Shown: one piece after another, positions 47,722 through 61,200 of the stretch | Position numbering within the stretch: position 1 is the stretch's first letter | Layout: every line of letters starts with the position of its first letter | Source: Patescibacteria group bacterium | Lineage (GTDB): Bacteria; Patescibacteriota; UBA1384; XYA2-FULL-43-10 | Direction: 5' to 3' | Assembly (NCBI GenBank): GCA_041674405.1 | Contig: JBAYVT010000002.1 | Location: 87,158 to 151,157 of the forward strand | DNA: 64,000 bases | Notes under the pieces: generated by a model | Databases searched by the model: none | The model's input: only the letters and a program-made list of their open reading frames with translations | Told to the model about the DNA's origin: nothing | Made by a program: the position numbers and the translations under genes

Positions 47722-48984
47722 CTATCCAATTGGGCTTATCTTTCTTAATTTCTCAATTATTCCCGGCAATACTTCCATAAGGCGATCTATTTCTTCTTCG
47801 GTGGTGTATCTCCCAATTGTGAATCGAATTGAGCTATGTGCTCTTTCTTCGGGGTATCCAAGCGCCATTATCACATGTGAGGGTTCAAGGGAACCCGATG
47901 TACAAGCCGAACCTGTAGAGGCCGCGATCCCTAGCATATCCAAATTGAGCAGAATCGACTCGCCTTCGATGCCGGCAAATGAAATATTTACATTATTCGG
48001 GCTTCTGCAAATATCCGTGCCATTCAATTTGGCATTTGCAATATTATCGACAATACCCCTGATTAATTTTTCTCTCAATTTCAATGATTTTTCCGTTGCA
48101 TTAGTCATTTTAAGAGATGGAAAATCCTCTGACACAATCGCCCCATCGGTGTCAGCGGCATCGCGGATTACTAGTTCGGCCGCCTTGGCAAAACCGACTA
48201 TGCCCGCGACATTCTCCGTGCCCGCTCGCTTCTTGTATTCTTGTCCACCACCGGTGATTTCCGGCTTAAGCGGGGTGCCTTTTTTGGCGAATAAAAGGCC
48301 GACTCCCTTCGGCCCATAAATTTTATGAGCCGTCATTGTAAGAAGATCGACATGCAAATATTTAGTTCCCATTTCGAAATACTCTGCTGCTTGCACTGCA
48401 TCGGTATGGAAATAAATTTTTTGGGCATTGGGGTTTTTTTCAAGCCGACCCAGGTTTTCCTTCTCAATCATCTTGCCAATTTCGCGGATCGGCTGTGCTG
48501 TGCCAATTTCATTATTTACATACATTACAGAAACCAGGGCAGTGTTTTTACGGATTGCTTTTACTACTTGCTGGCTATTGATTACGCCATCTTGCTCCGG
48601 GCTTATGTAGGTAGCTTCGATTTTCCCCTGTTTCTCTAGATCTTTTACGGTATCCAAAACTGCATGATGTTCAAATGTTGAAGTTACAACATGAGGTTTT
48701 TTATTCATGCCTTTATAGTCTGGCAACATCGATTCGATCACGCCGCGGATAGCCAGATTATCCGATTCCGACCCGCCAGATGTAAATAGAATTTCGCTTG
48801 GAGCGCAATCAAGAAAAAATGCCAAAAATTCTCTGGCTTTGTCGACTGCCGCTCTCGCCTCCTGCCCAAACCCGTGAACCGACGAAGGATTGCCGAAACT
48901 CACGCCAAAATATGGCGTCATTGCTTCAATAACTTCCGGCGCAACTGGCGTGGTCGCAGCATTATCTAGATATATTCTCTTCAC
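47722..48984 (-). CDS. iscS: cysteine desulfurase (NifS/IscS class V aminotransferase)
   Basis: 420 aa with a PLP-lysine region …LLTMTAHKIYGPKGVG… and the active-site loop …STGSACTSGSLEPSHV…. Confidence 0.9.
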   Translation of the reverse strand: MKRIYLDNAATTPVAPEVIEAMTPYFGVSFGNPSSVHGFGQEARAAVDKAREFLAFFLDCAPSEILFTSGGSESDNLAIRGVIESMLPDYKGMNKKPHVVTSTFEHHAVLDTVKDLEKQGKIEATYISPEQDGVINSQQVVKAIRKNTALVSVMYVNNEIGTAQPIREIGKMIEKENLGRLEKNPNAQKIYFHTDAVQAAEYFEMGTKYLHVDLLTMTAHKIYGPKGVGLLFAKKGTPLKPEITGGGQEYKKRAGTENVAGIVGFAKAAELVIRDAADTDGAIVSEDFPSLKMTNATEKSLKLREKLIRGIVDNIANAKLNGTDICRSPNNVNISFAGIEGESILLNLDMLGIAASTGSACTSGSLEPSHVIMALGYPEERAHSSIRFTIGRYTTEEEIDRLMEVLPGIIEKLRKISPIG

Positions 48985-49205
48985 TTATCTTCCTTTGATT
49001 TCTCAACGATCGATACTACTTTTCTTAAATCAGAAACGCACTTCTTGCAATTTTCCTGTTTGGACAAATTATCAAAATCAGATTTAGATATTAAATAAGC
49101 CACCGGCTTGGAATACCTGACAACCTCAAACACATCTCCGTCCTCAACTTCTTTAAGAACCTTAGAAATGTTATTTTGCAATTCGTTTACGTTGATATTT
49201 TTCAT
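48981..49205 (-). CDS. Phd/YefM-family antitoxin-like small protein (no cognate toxin adjacent)
   Basis: 74 aa. …ISKVLKEVEDGDVFEVVRYSKPVAYLISKSDFDNL… matches the Phd/YefM fold pattern. It overlaps the iscS start by 4 nt. Confidence 0.5.
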   Translation of the reverse strand: MKNINVNELQNNISKVLKEVEDGDVFEVVRYSKPVAYLISKSDFDNLSKQENCKKCVSDLRKVVSIVEKSKEDK

Positions 49206-49294
49206 TGGCTTTCGGCACTAAAATTATACTCATCTAAGGTAACATCTTAGGTAGATTTAGTCAATAGATACAAATATAAATAATATTTAGAATC

Positions 49295-52200
49295 TTAAGA
49301 TTTAGAATTTCTCTTTTCCATCTCAATCTTTTTATTTACGGCAGAAATTTCTTCATCCGTATCAAACCTTACCGGTTTTGGCAGAGTGTAACCTTCCTTG
49401 GTAGCTAAAATTGTGTACCTACCCCGTTTCAAAATCGCCGAAAACTTACCTTTGTCATCAGTTACCGCAGTCTTTACAAGCCTTGTGTTATCTCCGGTCA
49501 TTATCCTAACCAACGTTAGGCCGATAGGCTCGCCCTTATGTCGGTCTACCACCATGCTCCATGGCGACTTTCTTATGACCAGTGAGAAATTGATAACCCA
49601 AAGCAGAATATAGCCGGCAAGGATCAGATAATTTAACAAATTTGGGTCATGAATTAAATTGTTCAAGACCAATATGGTACCGGCCGTAAGTACAACAATC
49701 GAAGCATAATTGAAGAATCTTTCCATTTTTCTAAGCCAACCCAAGATTGCATGAATACCAGAAAGGCTTTTGCCATTTATACTCATTATGATCGTCGGCA
49801 CCAAAAATCCTTTGGTATAGCTATCAATCTCATATATTTTCCCTGTGTCAAAATCATAATATTGATCCGGTTTTGGTGCGAGCTGGTACTTGTCTTTCTT
49901 CGCGATGATTTTGTATTTGCCCGGAGGTTCGGCGAATCCGTACACGCCTGATTTATCGGTGGTTGTTGTCTCAATAACCCTTTCTGTGCCATCTTCGCCT
50001 ACTTTAATCAAGCTAACCATCGCTCCAGAAAGCGGCAAACCGGTTCCATCCTCGAGCACTTGGCCCCATTTTTTGCGTTTCTTTTTAACCGTACCGAAAG
50101 ATAGAATGGAATAAACAATTATATGAATGACTTCCTTGAGTGAGAATAAAGTTATTAAGTTTGTTGCGGGTGCCAATCCGGCGACAACTACTGCCATGCC
50201 CAGAGCTGCTGCGGCAGTCACTGGCGGAGCAGCCTCTTTTGAGATACCAACAGCTGCATAAACTTTTTCTATTCCCCCTGCAACAATATCGATTGAAACC
50301 GCCACATCTTCGACGCCGCCGACAATGCCACCAATAATAACTTCACCGATTGTTTCTTTTCGTACATTTACTGACGCAGCAGCCTTCACATCACCGAATG
50401 AAGCTTGAACGGTGTTTTCAAATGAGCCAACTTCCTTACCTGCGGTGAATAATCCGGTTTGGTCAATCTCCCCGCCACCATTCATAACCGACCACACGAT
50501 AATTGCTGTTGGAATTTCTGAATCATCTGAGGCAAAAGCTTTTGCACTAAACTGCACGGAGTCTTCAACTTTTATTTTCGCACTTGTCGGTGAAATGATA
50601 ATGTATGATGCAGTTTTTTCCGGATTTCCCAGAGTTGTCACCTCAGACGCAGTAGAAAAATCAGTTTCAACGTTGCTATTATTTCTTGCCTTAAGCCTAT
50701 AAGCATAATTCGTAGAAGCTGCAAGGCCTGTGTTTATAAATCCGTCGCTTCCACCCCAGTCGGCATACAATTGCCAATCGGGACTATCGGAAAATGCCCC
50801 ATCGGAATGCCTGACATACTTACCTGCGGTGTCATTGTAAATCGCATATCGTGTGTTAGCTGGGTTGCCGTTTTGGTTAATCGCAATTTTTACTGATGAC
50901 TCGGAAACTACTGAAAGAATTGGGGCATCTGGTGTGTTCGCAAGAGTATAAGATGTAGCAAAATTTGACTTTTCCGTTCCTTTCCTATTGGTCACGGTAA
51001 CTTGGCGAGTATATGCCGTATTCGGAGCAAGAGATTGTTCTAGCCAGGACGAGGCAGAAGCTGCAAGTGTTCCCGAGAGCGGATTGCCAGCGGCATCTAA
51101 CACTGCCCAACTGGTGTGATCATCGTCGGTATTTGACCAAACCCAATTAATCTGGCTGGTAACAATGTCTGTTCCCCTGAAATCTGTAGAGGGTGTAGGC
51201 CCAAGGCAATTCGCCGTTGTGAAATTTATGATTGCAGAATAATTCCCCGCGCCATTCTGGTTTGACGTTGCGGACACCTTGGCGTAATACTTTGTTTTTC
51301 TTGCAAGGCCCGATAAAGAAGTGGCTGTTGTGCTGATATCCGAAATTGTGCCTTTATTTGAAGCTCCGGAATCCGTTCCGTACGAAAGAGTATATTTATC
51401 CGCGCCCTCTGGCGCAATCCATGTCAGGTTCGCCGAAGTTCTGCAAACGGCATTTGCTTCTAGGCTCGCTGGAGCAGCTGGCGGAGTGACTTTTGCCGAA
51501 GATGGAGAATAAGTTGTGTCGGTATTGTCCCCATTTCTTGCTTTGGCCTTGATCCAATACTGGGTATTTGGATCAAGATTAGCCAATGTATATGATGTAC
51601 TTGTCTGCCAGGACATGCCGGCGGGATCGGTAAAATCCGTGCCATTTATTGAATATTGGATCCAATAGTTTGTTCCTGATGGATTCAAACTTGGGCTAAT
51701 TGTTCCTGTTACGAAATATGCCCCCGCCACCGTTGAAACCGTCGGCATATTGGCAAGCGTGTACTTTGGAGATGAATAGGCGCTTGTTGAGTTGCCGGCG
51801 TCATTAAACGCAACAACTTTAGCACAATATTGTGTATTTATATCCTTACCATCAACGTCTTGCGAGGTTTCCCCGGCACCAGTCGTATAGTCGGGAGAAT
51901 CTGGATAAGAAGCCTGTGAACAATCAGAATTCGGAGTGGTAGAAATATAAACCTTGAATCCGGTTTCATCAGATGAGTTGTCGTCCCAAGTCACTTGGAA
52001 AGAATCGTTTTGGATGGTGCCTATTGCTGCATTAGTTGGCGCACTCGGCGCTGTAACACAAGAGCCGGTGGGAGAAATATTCCAATCGGTATTACTTCCC
52101 CCATCCGTAGAATAAGTAGCACAGAAAGAGGCACCCGAATTGGTAGAATTTGAGATGGTGGCGTACGAAATAGTTGCGGTGGCCGGGTTAATATTCCAGC

Positions 52201-55200
52201 CACCAGAACCACCAGACCTCTTAAGAACTACATGGCTTCCCGAAGTTCCGGTTACCGTCCATGTGCCAGATATCGTTTGGGTCGAGCCCGCAGAAAAGGA
52301 TAAGGTTTTGCCTGCAGTAGCGGCAGTGAGGTTATTAAAAGTCGTATCTCCCTCTATCAAGGAGTCACCAGTTAGCGTAACTGTACCGCTCCCAGGAGTG
52401 AAGATACCGCCTGCATGGTTCCAACCGCCAGATACACTCATGGTGGATGGAGCACTGAAGCTAGCATTACCGTTTAAGATGAAATTACCAATGTTCATCG
52501 AAGGGTTATTTGTGATTCCATCAACATCGGTCTGGTTGGTTCCATCACCAATTGTAAGATTGTTAGTAACACCAAAGCTACCGGAAGATAGAGTCAAAGT
52601 TTTGTTTCCAACAAAGCTCTGCCAGATAAAACCGGTCATATCGCCAAAAGAGTGATAAGGACCTGAACCAACATTATAGGTACCAATGACGGCACCAGTC
52701 GAGCCGTTAAGCTTTGTTATGGTGTTGCCGCCAATGCTCGTTACCCATACATTGCCGTCGCCATCAATTCCCGGATGGTCGCCATTGCCGATCGAATAAG
52801 TTCCGATTACTGCACCAGTCGAGCCGTTAACTTTGTAGACCGTTCCGCTATTAACAACCCAGACATTGCCGCTGCCATCAACTGCCAGATTAGCACCAGG
52901 AACCGAGTAGATATCAATGACAGCGCCGGTCGAACCGTTAAGCTTGGTAATGCCAATATCGCCGTCGCTAGCCGTCCAGACATTCCCATCACCGTCGACT
53001 GCTATGCTAAAAGGAGCGCCGTTAACCGAATAAGTGCCGATCAGTGCACCAGTTGAGCTGTCAAGTTTAGTAACGTTACCACTTCCGTGATTGCAAATCC
53101 AAACATTGCCACTACGATCAGCCGCCACTCCCGAAGGACTAGTACCCGTTGAATATGTGCCCATGACTGCACCAGTCGAGCCATTAACCTTATTAATATG
53201 GCTGCTATCGTAGGGGACCCAGACATTGCCAGCATTATCAACGCCCGGGTTACCACCACCGACCGCATAAGTGCCGATCAGTGCGCCGGTCGAACCATTG
53301 AGTTTAGTAACGTTGCCGCTGTAAGGATTGCCGACCCAGACATTGCCACTGCCATCAACTGCCACACCATAAGGACCAGTACCCACCGCGTAAGTTCCAA
53401 TGACGGCACCAGTTGAACTGTTAAGTTTGGTTATATTGTTGCTACCGCTATTAGTCACCCAAACATACGGTGTTACCGCTGGATCCAGCAATTCTAGGTT
53501 ATAATAATTTGCCGCCGTAATGTTTGTGTTAGAAGAAGCACGATATATAAAGGTAGAAGTCGAAGCAGTAAATGTACCCGTTTTAACAAACGGCGTGCCC
53601 GAACCGGTCAAAGTTATTGTCCGATTTGAAGCATCGAAGGTACCAGCATTGATCGTCAGTATGTTTGTAGTTGTGATATCCCCGGCTGCAGTGAAAGTCG
53701 TTCCCGCATGATCAAGGTAAAGATTGTAGTAAGTGGTCGCCGTAATATTAGTTGCCAATGCTCCGGTATACTTGAGGGTTGATGTGCCCTCTTGGAAAGT
53801 TCCGGTTACTACCAATGGCGTTCCTGGCGCGGCCAAAGTAATCGTTCTGGAGGATGCAGCAAATGTGCCGGCATTGATGGTAAGGACTCCATTGATTGTG
53901 ATATTTCCGGCAGCAGTAAAGGTTGTGCCGGTATGGTCTGCAGCGTAGAGGTTGCAATAGGTAATAGCATTAATGTTTGTTGCGCTTGTTCCTTGGAATT
54001 TGACTGTCGATGTACTTTCGGTAAATGTGCCGCTGATGGATAGTGGATCACCTGATTCTGTCAAAACTAAGGTAGTATTATCCAGATTGACAACAGCAGT
54101 TGCCGGGATTTTAAGATTTGGGATAGTGGAGGTGGGAGCAGATGATGAATTAGGTCTCCAGGTATCAGTGCCTATGACATAGAGTATCTGGGAGGTTAGA
54201 GTTGCTTGATTGTAGGGCATAGCTAGGTCATTGGTTGCATTACCAATATCAAAGAGGATATCAGCATCAGACGAAACTGAACCATCGTATTGTGATAAAT
54301 CGGTATTGGATAGTGTTTGGGCAGTACCATTACCGACGACCAAATGCTGCTCAAAGAGAGTAACTCCAGTAATATCTCCCGATGTGTACTTGGTAACAGC
54401 ATTGGCTCGATGGGATTCAGTCGCGCCATCGATGAATACCGTAATTACATCACCGGCAGAGGGTTCGGTAACGCCAGAAATCGTCCAGGAACCAGAAGCA
54501 GTGGTGCCTGTAGCTGCATCCAAGGTGCCATTGATCGCTACCTTGACCGTCTCACCATCAGCACAAGCGGTTGATTCATCATACTGCTTACAAGTGCCGG
54601 AGATAGAGAAGGATGAACAGCCACTTGTTACAGTTGGAGCAGGAAGGGTACCATTGAACGAGGTCCAAGTCCCAGTCGTTGGCAAGACAGTGGGAGCACC
54701 GGCACTACCCCAGTCCACATAAGCCGACTGATCAGCAGGCGCAAGAAGTTTGCTGGTGTCCGACAACAGGTACCAACTACTGTCCCATGGATCTACTGCC
54801 AAAACCCTATTACTTGTATTGGTGTAATAAGGATTACTCCTAGCATCTACACTCGCATAAGTATACGACCCATTATAGCTTGAATCGCCCGCTCCAGAAA
54901 AAGTATACGACGAACATGCGGAGCATGATCCGGTTAAACTAATATTCCAGCCGGTATTTCCCCCGCCGTCAACTGAGTAAGTCGCACAGAAACTACCTGT
55001 ATTACTAGACTTAGAAACATTGGCGTAGGATATTGCAACATTATTACTTGCAGATAAATTCCAGTTGGCACCGCCCGATGGAGCTAAAGTAATTAAGTTA
55101 CCGGAAGTCCCAGCAATATTAATTGCATAATTGAAATTATAGTTTGAACCCGAGTTGAAAGTTAGGGTTGAGGGCGCAGTTGTGTTGGTAAATGTACGCG

Positions 55201-58200
55201 TGACCGACGTTGCCCCAGTGAAGGTGAAATTTGTATTAGCATGCTCAGCCGTAAGGTTGTAATAAGTTACTGGTGTAATATTTGTTGCGGAAGAACCTGT
55301 ATATTTTATCGTTGAAGTCGAGTAAGTAAATGTACCTGTGGCTACGAAAGGTGTACCTGATCCAGACAAAGTGATGGTTTTATTTGATGCATTAAATGTG
55401 CCGGCATTTATTGTCAAAACATTGTTTGCGGTGATGTCGCCCGCCGCAGTGTAGGTTTGGCCAGCTTTATCGATGTAAAGATTGTAATAGGTCGCAGAAG
55501 TTACATTAACCGGACCTGTACCTGTGTATTTTACAGTTGAAGTAGAAGCGGTGAATGTTCCGGTTTTAACAAACGGCATGCTAGTTCCAGATAAAGTAAT
55601 TGTCTTATTTGATGCATCAAAGGTTCCGGCATTGATGGTAAAAACACCAGTTCCGTTTGAACCAGTTGAGATATCACCGGCTGCTGTAAAAGTTGTTCCT
55701 GCGTGATCTAAATAAAGATTATTATAGGTAGTTGATGCAATATTAGTCGCAGAAGCGCCTGTGTATTTGACTGTGCCAGTCATACACTGAAATGTACCGT
55801 TGATCACAAACGGCGTACCAGAACCGGAAAGGGTGATGGTACCTGTCGGCGAATCATTAAATGTACCAGCATTAACGGTGAAAACATTTGTTGATGTAAT
55901 ATCCCCTGCTGCGCTAAAGATGGTCCCTGCACGATCTAAATAAAGATTGTAATAGGTAGTCGCTGTAATATTCGTTGCCAACGAGCCAGTATATTTAACT
56001 GTGGATGTAGAAGGTGTAAAAACGACATTATTTACAAAAGGAGTACCTGATCCAGACAAGGTAATAGTTTTATTGGACGCATCGAAAATCGAGTCATTGG
56101 TCAAAACATTAGTGACATTTATATCGCCCATGGCTGTAGATACTGCTGTGGTTACTAAGTGGAGGTTGTAATAGGTGGTAGAGGCAATGTTTGTTGCCGC
56201 TGCGCCGTAATATTCTACGGTTGAAGTTGATGCCGTAAAAGTACCAGTAACAACAAATGGCGTTCCCGTTGACATGAATGTAATAGTCTTATTAGAGGCA
56301 TCAAAGGTGCCAGCATTGATGGTAAAAATATTTTCCACCTTGATATTTCCAGCCGCAGTAAATGTAGTACCTGCATGGTCCAGATACAGATTATAATAAC
56401 CAGGAACCATTCCCGAACCCATTGCAGTTACGTTTGTCGCCGAAGCACCGGTATATTTGATCGTTGAAGTTGAAGATTGAAACGTTCCGTTATTAACAAA
56501 TGGCGTGCCCGAACCAGATAATGTGATTGTTTTATTGGATGCATTAAATTCACCAGTGGTAATGCTTAAGACACCAGATACATCAATATCGTTATTTGCT
56601 GTCCAAATCCCCGAGCCATCATTGAAGGTCAAATTATTAAAGGCCGATCCTCCCGTCATATTTCCGGAAAGAGTTTTATCAGCTCCACCCGTCTGAAAAG
56701 TAACGGTTCCGGAATTGTTGTCAAATGTTCCGCTTGAATGATTCCAATTTCCATTAACAATAAAATTATTAGATGATGCGGGCGCACTTAATGACCCGCC
56801 CGAAATTGTGACATTACCAGCACTAATATCATGTGCCCCAGCGGTTAAGGTACCGGATGAAACAAGGAGATTGTTTGTAACATCAATATTGCTGGAAAGA
56901 GACCAGGCTGAAGATGGGATCGAATAATAAATCGTGCCTCTTACATAATTTATAATTGCATTTGAAACAGATGGAGTTATTTTCTTAATTGTCATCGCAA
57001 CGCCAAAGCTTGAATCGTTAACATCATTTGGCGTCCAAGTTAATCCCCACAGATTTCCATCCCCACCAAACGGAACATAATCCTCTGTCCCCGACCATAA
57101 TGCATCCGCAGATTGATTGGTGCCCCCAATGGTACCAGACTTAATGATTTCAATAATATCATCGGAAACAGGAGGCGAACTACCCATCCTTTTTGCTTCC
57201 ATTTTAATACCTGTAACCGTTGCATTGGTTGGAATATTAAAACCAAAATTTGTCGCTTTTAGATAATTAGAGCGTTTTCCTTGGGGAATACCAACAATTC
57301 TCGCATAATTTCCATCATCAGCAGTGATATCTTCGGGAGTTGACCAAGGACCATCTCCATAGCTTGCATCATTGGTTCCTGTTCCACATCCCAATGTGGA
57401 ACTAGTACTTCCCCCGCCGTTCTCACCTGCGATTGTAAGATTATAAAATTTCTGCCCAGAACCCAATATGATTGAGAAGTCTCCGCTTGTCCCATTAAAA
57501 TTTATTGTAGAATTTCCTTCATTGAAAGTAACATTTGAAGAATCCCAATCACCTGCAATATTAATTATGTGGCTTCCAGGGCTAAAGCTACCTGACGTCA
57601 TAGTAAAACCATCCGCAATCGTAATATCTCCAGCTGCAATAAAGTCTGTATTCGCATGGTTGATGACTAAATTATTATACGTCACGGAAGCCAAATTTGT
57701 ATCTGATGATCCTTCGTAGGAAATTGTTGAAGTTGACGGAGTAAAGGTACCGGTCACAACAAACGGGGTTCCACTCCCTGATAAAGTAATGGTTTTATTG
57801 GAAGCATCAAATGTGCCTGCATTGATAGTAAGGACTCCAGAAACGGTAATGTTCCCTGCTGCAGCAAAGGTAGTACCAGTCTTGTCTGCCGCGTAGAGAT
57901 TGTAATAAGAAAGAGCATTAACATTCGTAGCGCCTGATCCCTGGAATTTAATGGTGGAAGTGCCAATTGTGAAGGTGCCGGTGATAGAAAGTGGTGTGCC
58001 GGAGGCGGTTAATGCTAGTGTTGTGCCGGTAAGGTTGACGATGGCTGATGTCGGAATTACAAGGTTAGAAATGGTGGATGTTGGAGCATCAGTAGCAGCC
58101 GGTTGCCAAGTGTTGGAAGCCAAAACATAAAGCTTCTGGTCGGTATCTGTTTGGGTGCCTGACTCGGGCAGTGTTAAGTCTTTGGTTGTGGCATTAACTT

Positions 58201-61200
58201 CAAAGAAGATATCTTCATCAGACGAGACAGAGTTATCGTATTTCTCCATATCAGCATTTGAAAGAGTTTGGTTATCAGCTGAACCGATGGATAAATGTTT
58301 TTCATAAAGTGCTATGCCGGATACATTACCGGAGACATACTTTGTCACTGCATTTGCTTCATTGGCATCAGCAACACCATCGACAAAGATGGTGATAGTG
58401 TCGCCAGCCGATGGGGCTGTTACTCCGGTGATAGACCAGGACCCGCTTGAAGTTGTACCGGTAGCCGCATCGAGGCTCCCATTGATTGCTACTTTGATCG
58501 TTTCGCTGTCAGCACAATTCGAGGATTCGTCATATTGTTTGCAGGTACCGGAGATGGAGATGCTGGCCGGCGGAAATGCCCAATGATGGTTATTTCCACC
58601 GTCATATCCGCCAGTCGTGGCATTTACCAAGCTTCCTCCAGTTGCATCGGAATCGGTGACATTAACATAAGAAGCAGGTGGGCTATCCTGGACAACATTA
58701 AAATTCCAATGGTTGGTAGGTGTAGATGAAACCATAAATATTCTAGTACCTACTGCTCCGCCATTGATATCAAGGCCCATGATTGAATAAGTTGATCCAG
58801 CATGGAATGTAAGTTTAGAGGAAGGGGTAGTATCAGTAAAGACCCCATTGATAGTTGCCGAATCTGCAAAATAAACACCATTTGCCGACGCATTAGTAAT
58901 AGTAATGCTGTTAAAATCATGATTTCCATTTGTTCCACCAGCAGTGATGGTCTGTAAATCACTACCATCCAAGGTTAGTGTTCCGGTACCAGAAGTAAAG
59001 ATGCCAGTGGCCGAATTCGTATAATCGCCTGCAAGATAAAATGCAGCCGTACTTGAAGCCGTGAGAGTATTACCAGCGTCAATAATAACATCTCCATCAA
59101 CGTTAACTATGGGATCGTTTGTTTCGAATGACAATACGGCAGTTAATGCGCCTCCTCCAACATGCAAATTATTTGAAACATTTAAAGTGCCTGCCTGAAC
59201 ATTATGGGTACCTGAAAAATTTTCACGCGCTATCTGAAGGTTATAATATGTAGTCGCGGTTACATTTACAGCGGCGCCGACTGGGTCCGGGCAATCATAA
59301 AATAATGTTGAATTGTTGGCAGTGAAAGTGCCGTTGATCACAAAAGGAGTGTTAGTTCCTAATAGTGTAATTGTTTTATTTGAAGCGTCGAATTCACCTG
59401 CATTAATTGTTAAAAGATTTGAAACAGTCATATCCCCAGCCGCGGTAAAAGTCGACCCAGTTCGATCAAGATAAAGATTGTAGAATGTCGTCGCCGTCAC
59501 ATTTGTCGCAGATGAACCCTTATACTGAACGGTAGATGTGCCCTCCTGAAAAGTAGCGTTTATATTCACAAAAGGCGTGCCTGAGCCATTCAAAACAATT
59601 GTTTTATCGGAGGCATTAAAGGTTCCTACATCTAGCGTCAAAACGCTGCCAACGGTAATATTTCCAGCTGCGGTAAAGGTGGTACCAGTATGAACCAAAT
59701 ATAGATTATAATACGTCGCACTAGTTACATTGGTAGCGCTCGATCCGGCATACTTTATGGTTGAAGTAGCTTCTTGAAAAGTACCATTTACAACAAAAGG
59801 TGTACCAGAACCATATAGATAAACTGTCTTATCCGATCCGTTATATATCGTCCCGGTCTGAATAGTGAAAACTCCGTAGACCGAGAACGAGCCGGAAGAA
59901 AGCGGAGTAAATGTCGTGCCCGAATGGTCGAGGATTAGATTGTGGAACCCGAGTAACGCAACGTCAGTTGCTGACGCACTCTGATATGTGACGGTTGAAG
60001 TGTCGTAATTGAAGGTACTGCCCGTCTCCATTCTAAGAGGCCTCGACGAACTTTGTCCTGAGCCAGTAATTACTAAAGAATTATTATCCAATGTCATCGT
60101 AGACGATGCTTCGGCATATGATTTCGGCACAGTTGATGTGGTTCCACCACCGGATGCAGGCCGCCATGTATTATTTGCCTTAATTATAATCTTTTGGTCT
60201 GCATCAGTTTGGGTTCCGACTGCCGGCAGGGTTAGATTGTTTGATCCGTCAATTTCGAAAAAGATATCTTCATCGGAGGAGACGGAATTATCGTATTTAG
60301 AGATATCGTTGTTCGATAATGTTTGATTATCGTCAGAACCTAGATACAAATGCTTTTCGTAAAGGCTAATTCCTGTAATATTGCCCGAACCATCGTATTT
60401 GGTAACAGCATTCGCTTCGTTACCGTCAGCCACTCCATCGATAAATACGGTAATTGTGTCCCCAGAAGCAGGTGCTGTAACACCGCTTATGCTCCACGAA
60501 CCTCCGGATGTGGTTCCGGTTTGGGCTTGAATAGTACCATTTACCGCAACTTTTACAGTCTCTGAATCAGCGGCATTTGTCGATTCGTCATATTGCTTAG
60601 CAGTCCCTGAGATTAAAATTGTGGCAGGCCCACCTCCGCCTTCAGAAATAATAACCCCCGGCTCGACTTCTCCTGAAGCATCCCAGTCGTAAGGAGTCGG
60701 GTCACTAACTGGATCAGCATTAAACCAAGTATACCCAGGGTAAAAACTACCCAAAGTTGATGAAACAGCCCAAGATCCTCCCATATTTCCACTAAACCAA
60801 AGATAAGAGTTATTTTCATTTTTATAGACAGGGTACGGCGACGAACCGATATCTCCAAAGTATTGATCGTTATATGCAAACGTACCATTTGCATTCGTAT
60901 TACCAGCATTTGTGCCTGTATATGTATGGCCCGGATCTCCTCCCGGCGTTACGCCGCTTGGCGCCGGAGCGGTTCCCAGATTGGCCGTCCAGCTATTGCT
61001 TCCGGGAAGCGCGCCCTCCATAAGATAATAGTGTACATCCATCATCGCATCATTAAGAACGTCGCTAAGCATATATGCTCCGCCCCCGTCCCAGTACAAG
61101 TACATATTATTAGCGTTTTTCCAATAGTCACTTCCATAGGCATCCGTTCCGCCGTAAGAGTATTCGCCGTTATAATTGGCATCTCCTGCTCCCGCAACAG

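Noticed and set aside
53480-60750. Tandem repeats inside the giant gene as a CRISPR array or DGR variable region
   Set aside because: The repeats are in-frame coding units with no spacer-repeat regularity. No cas genes or reverse transcriptase are present in the window.
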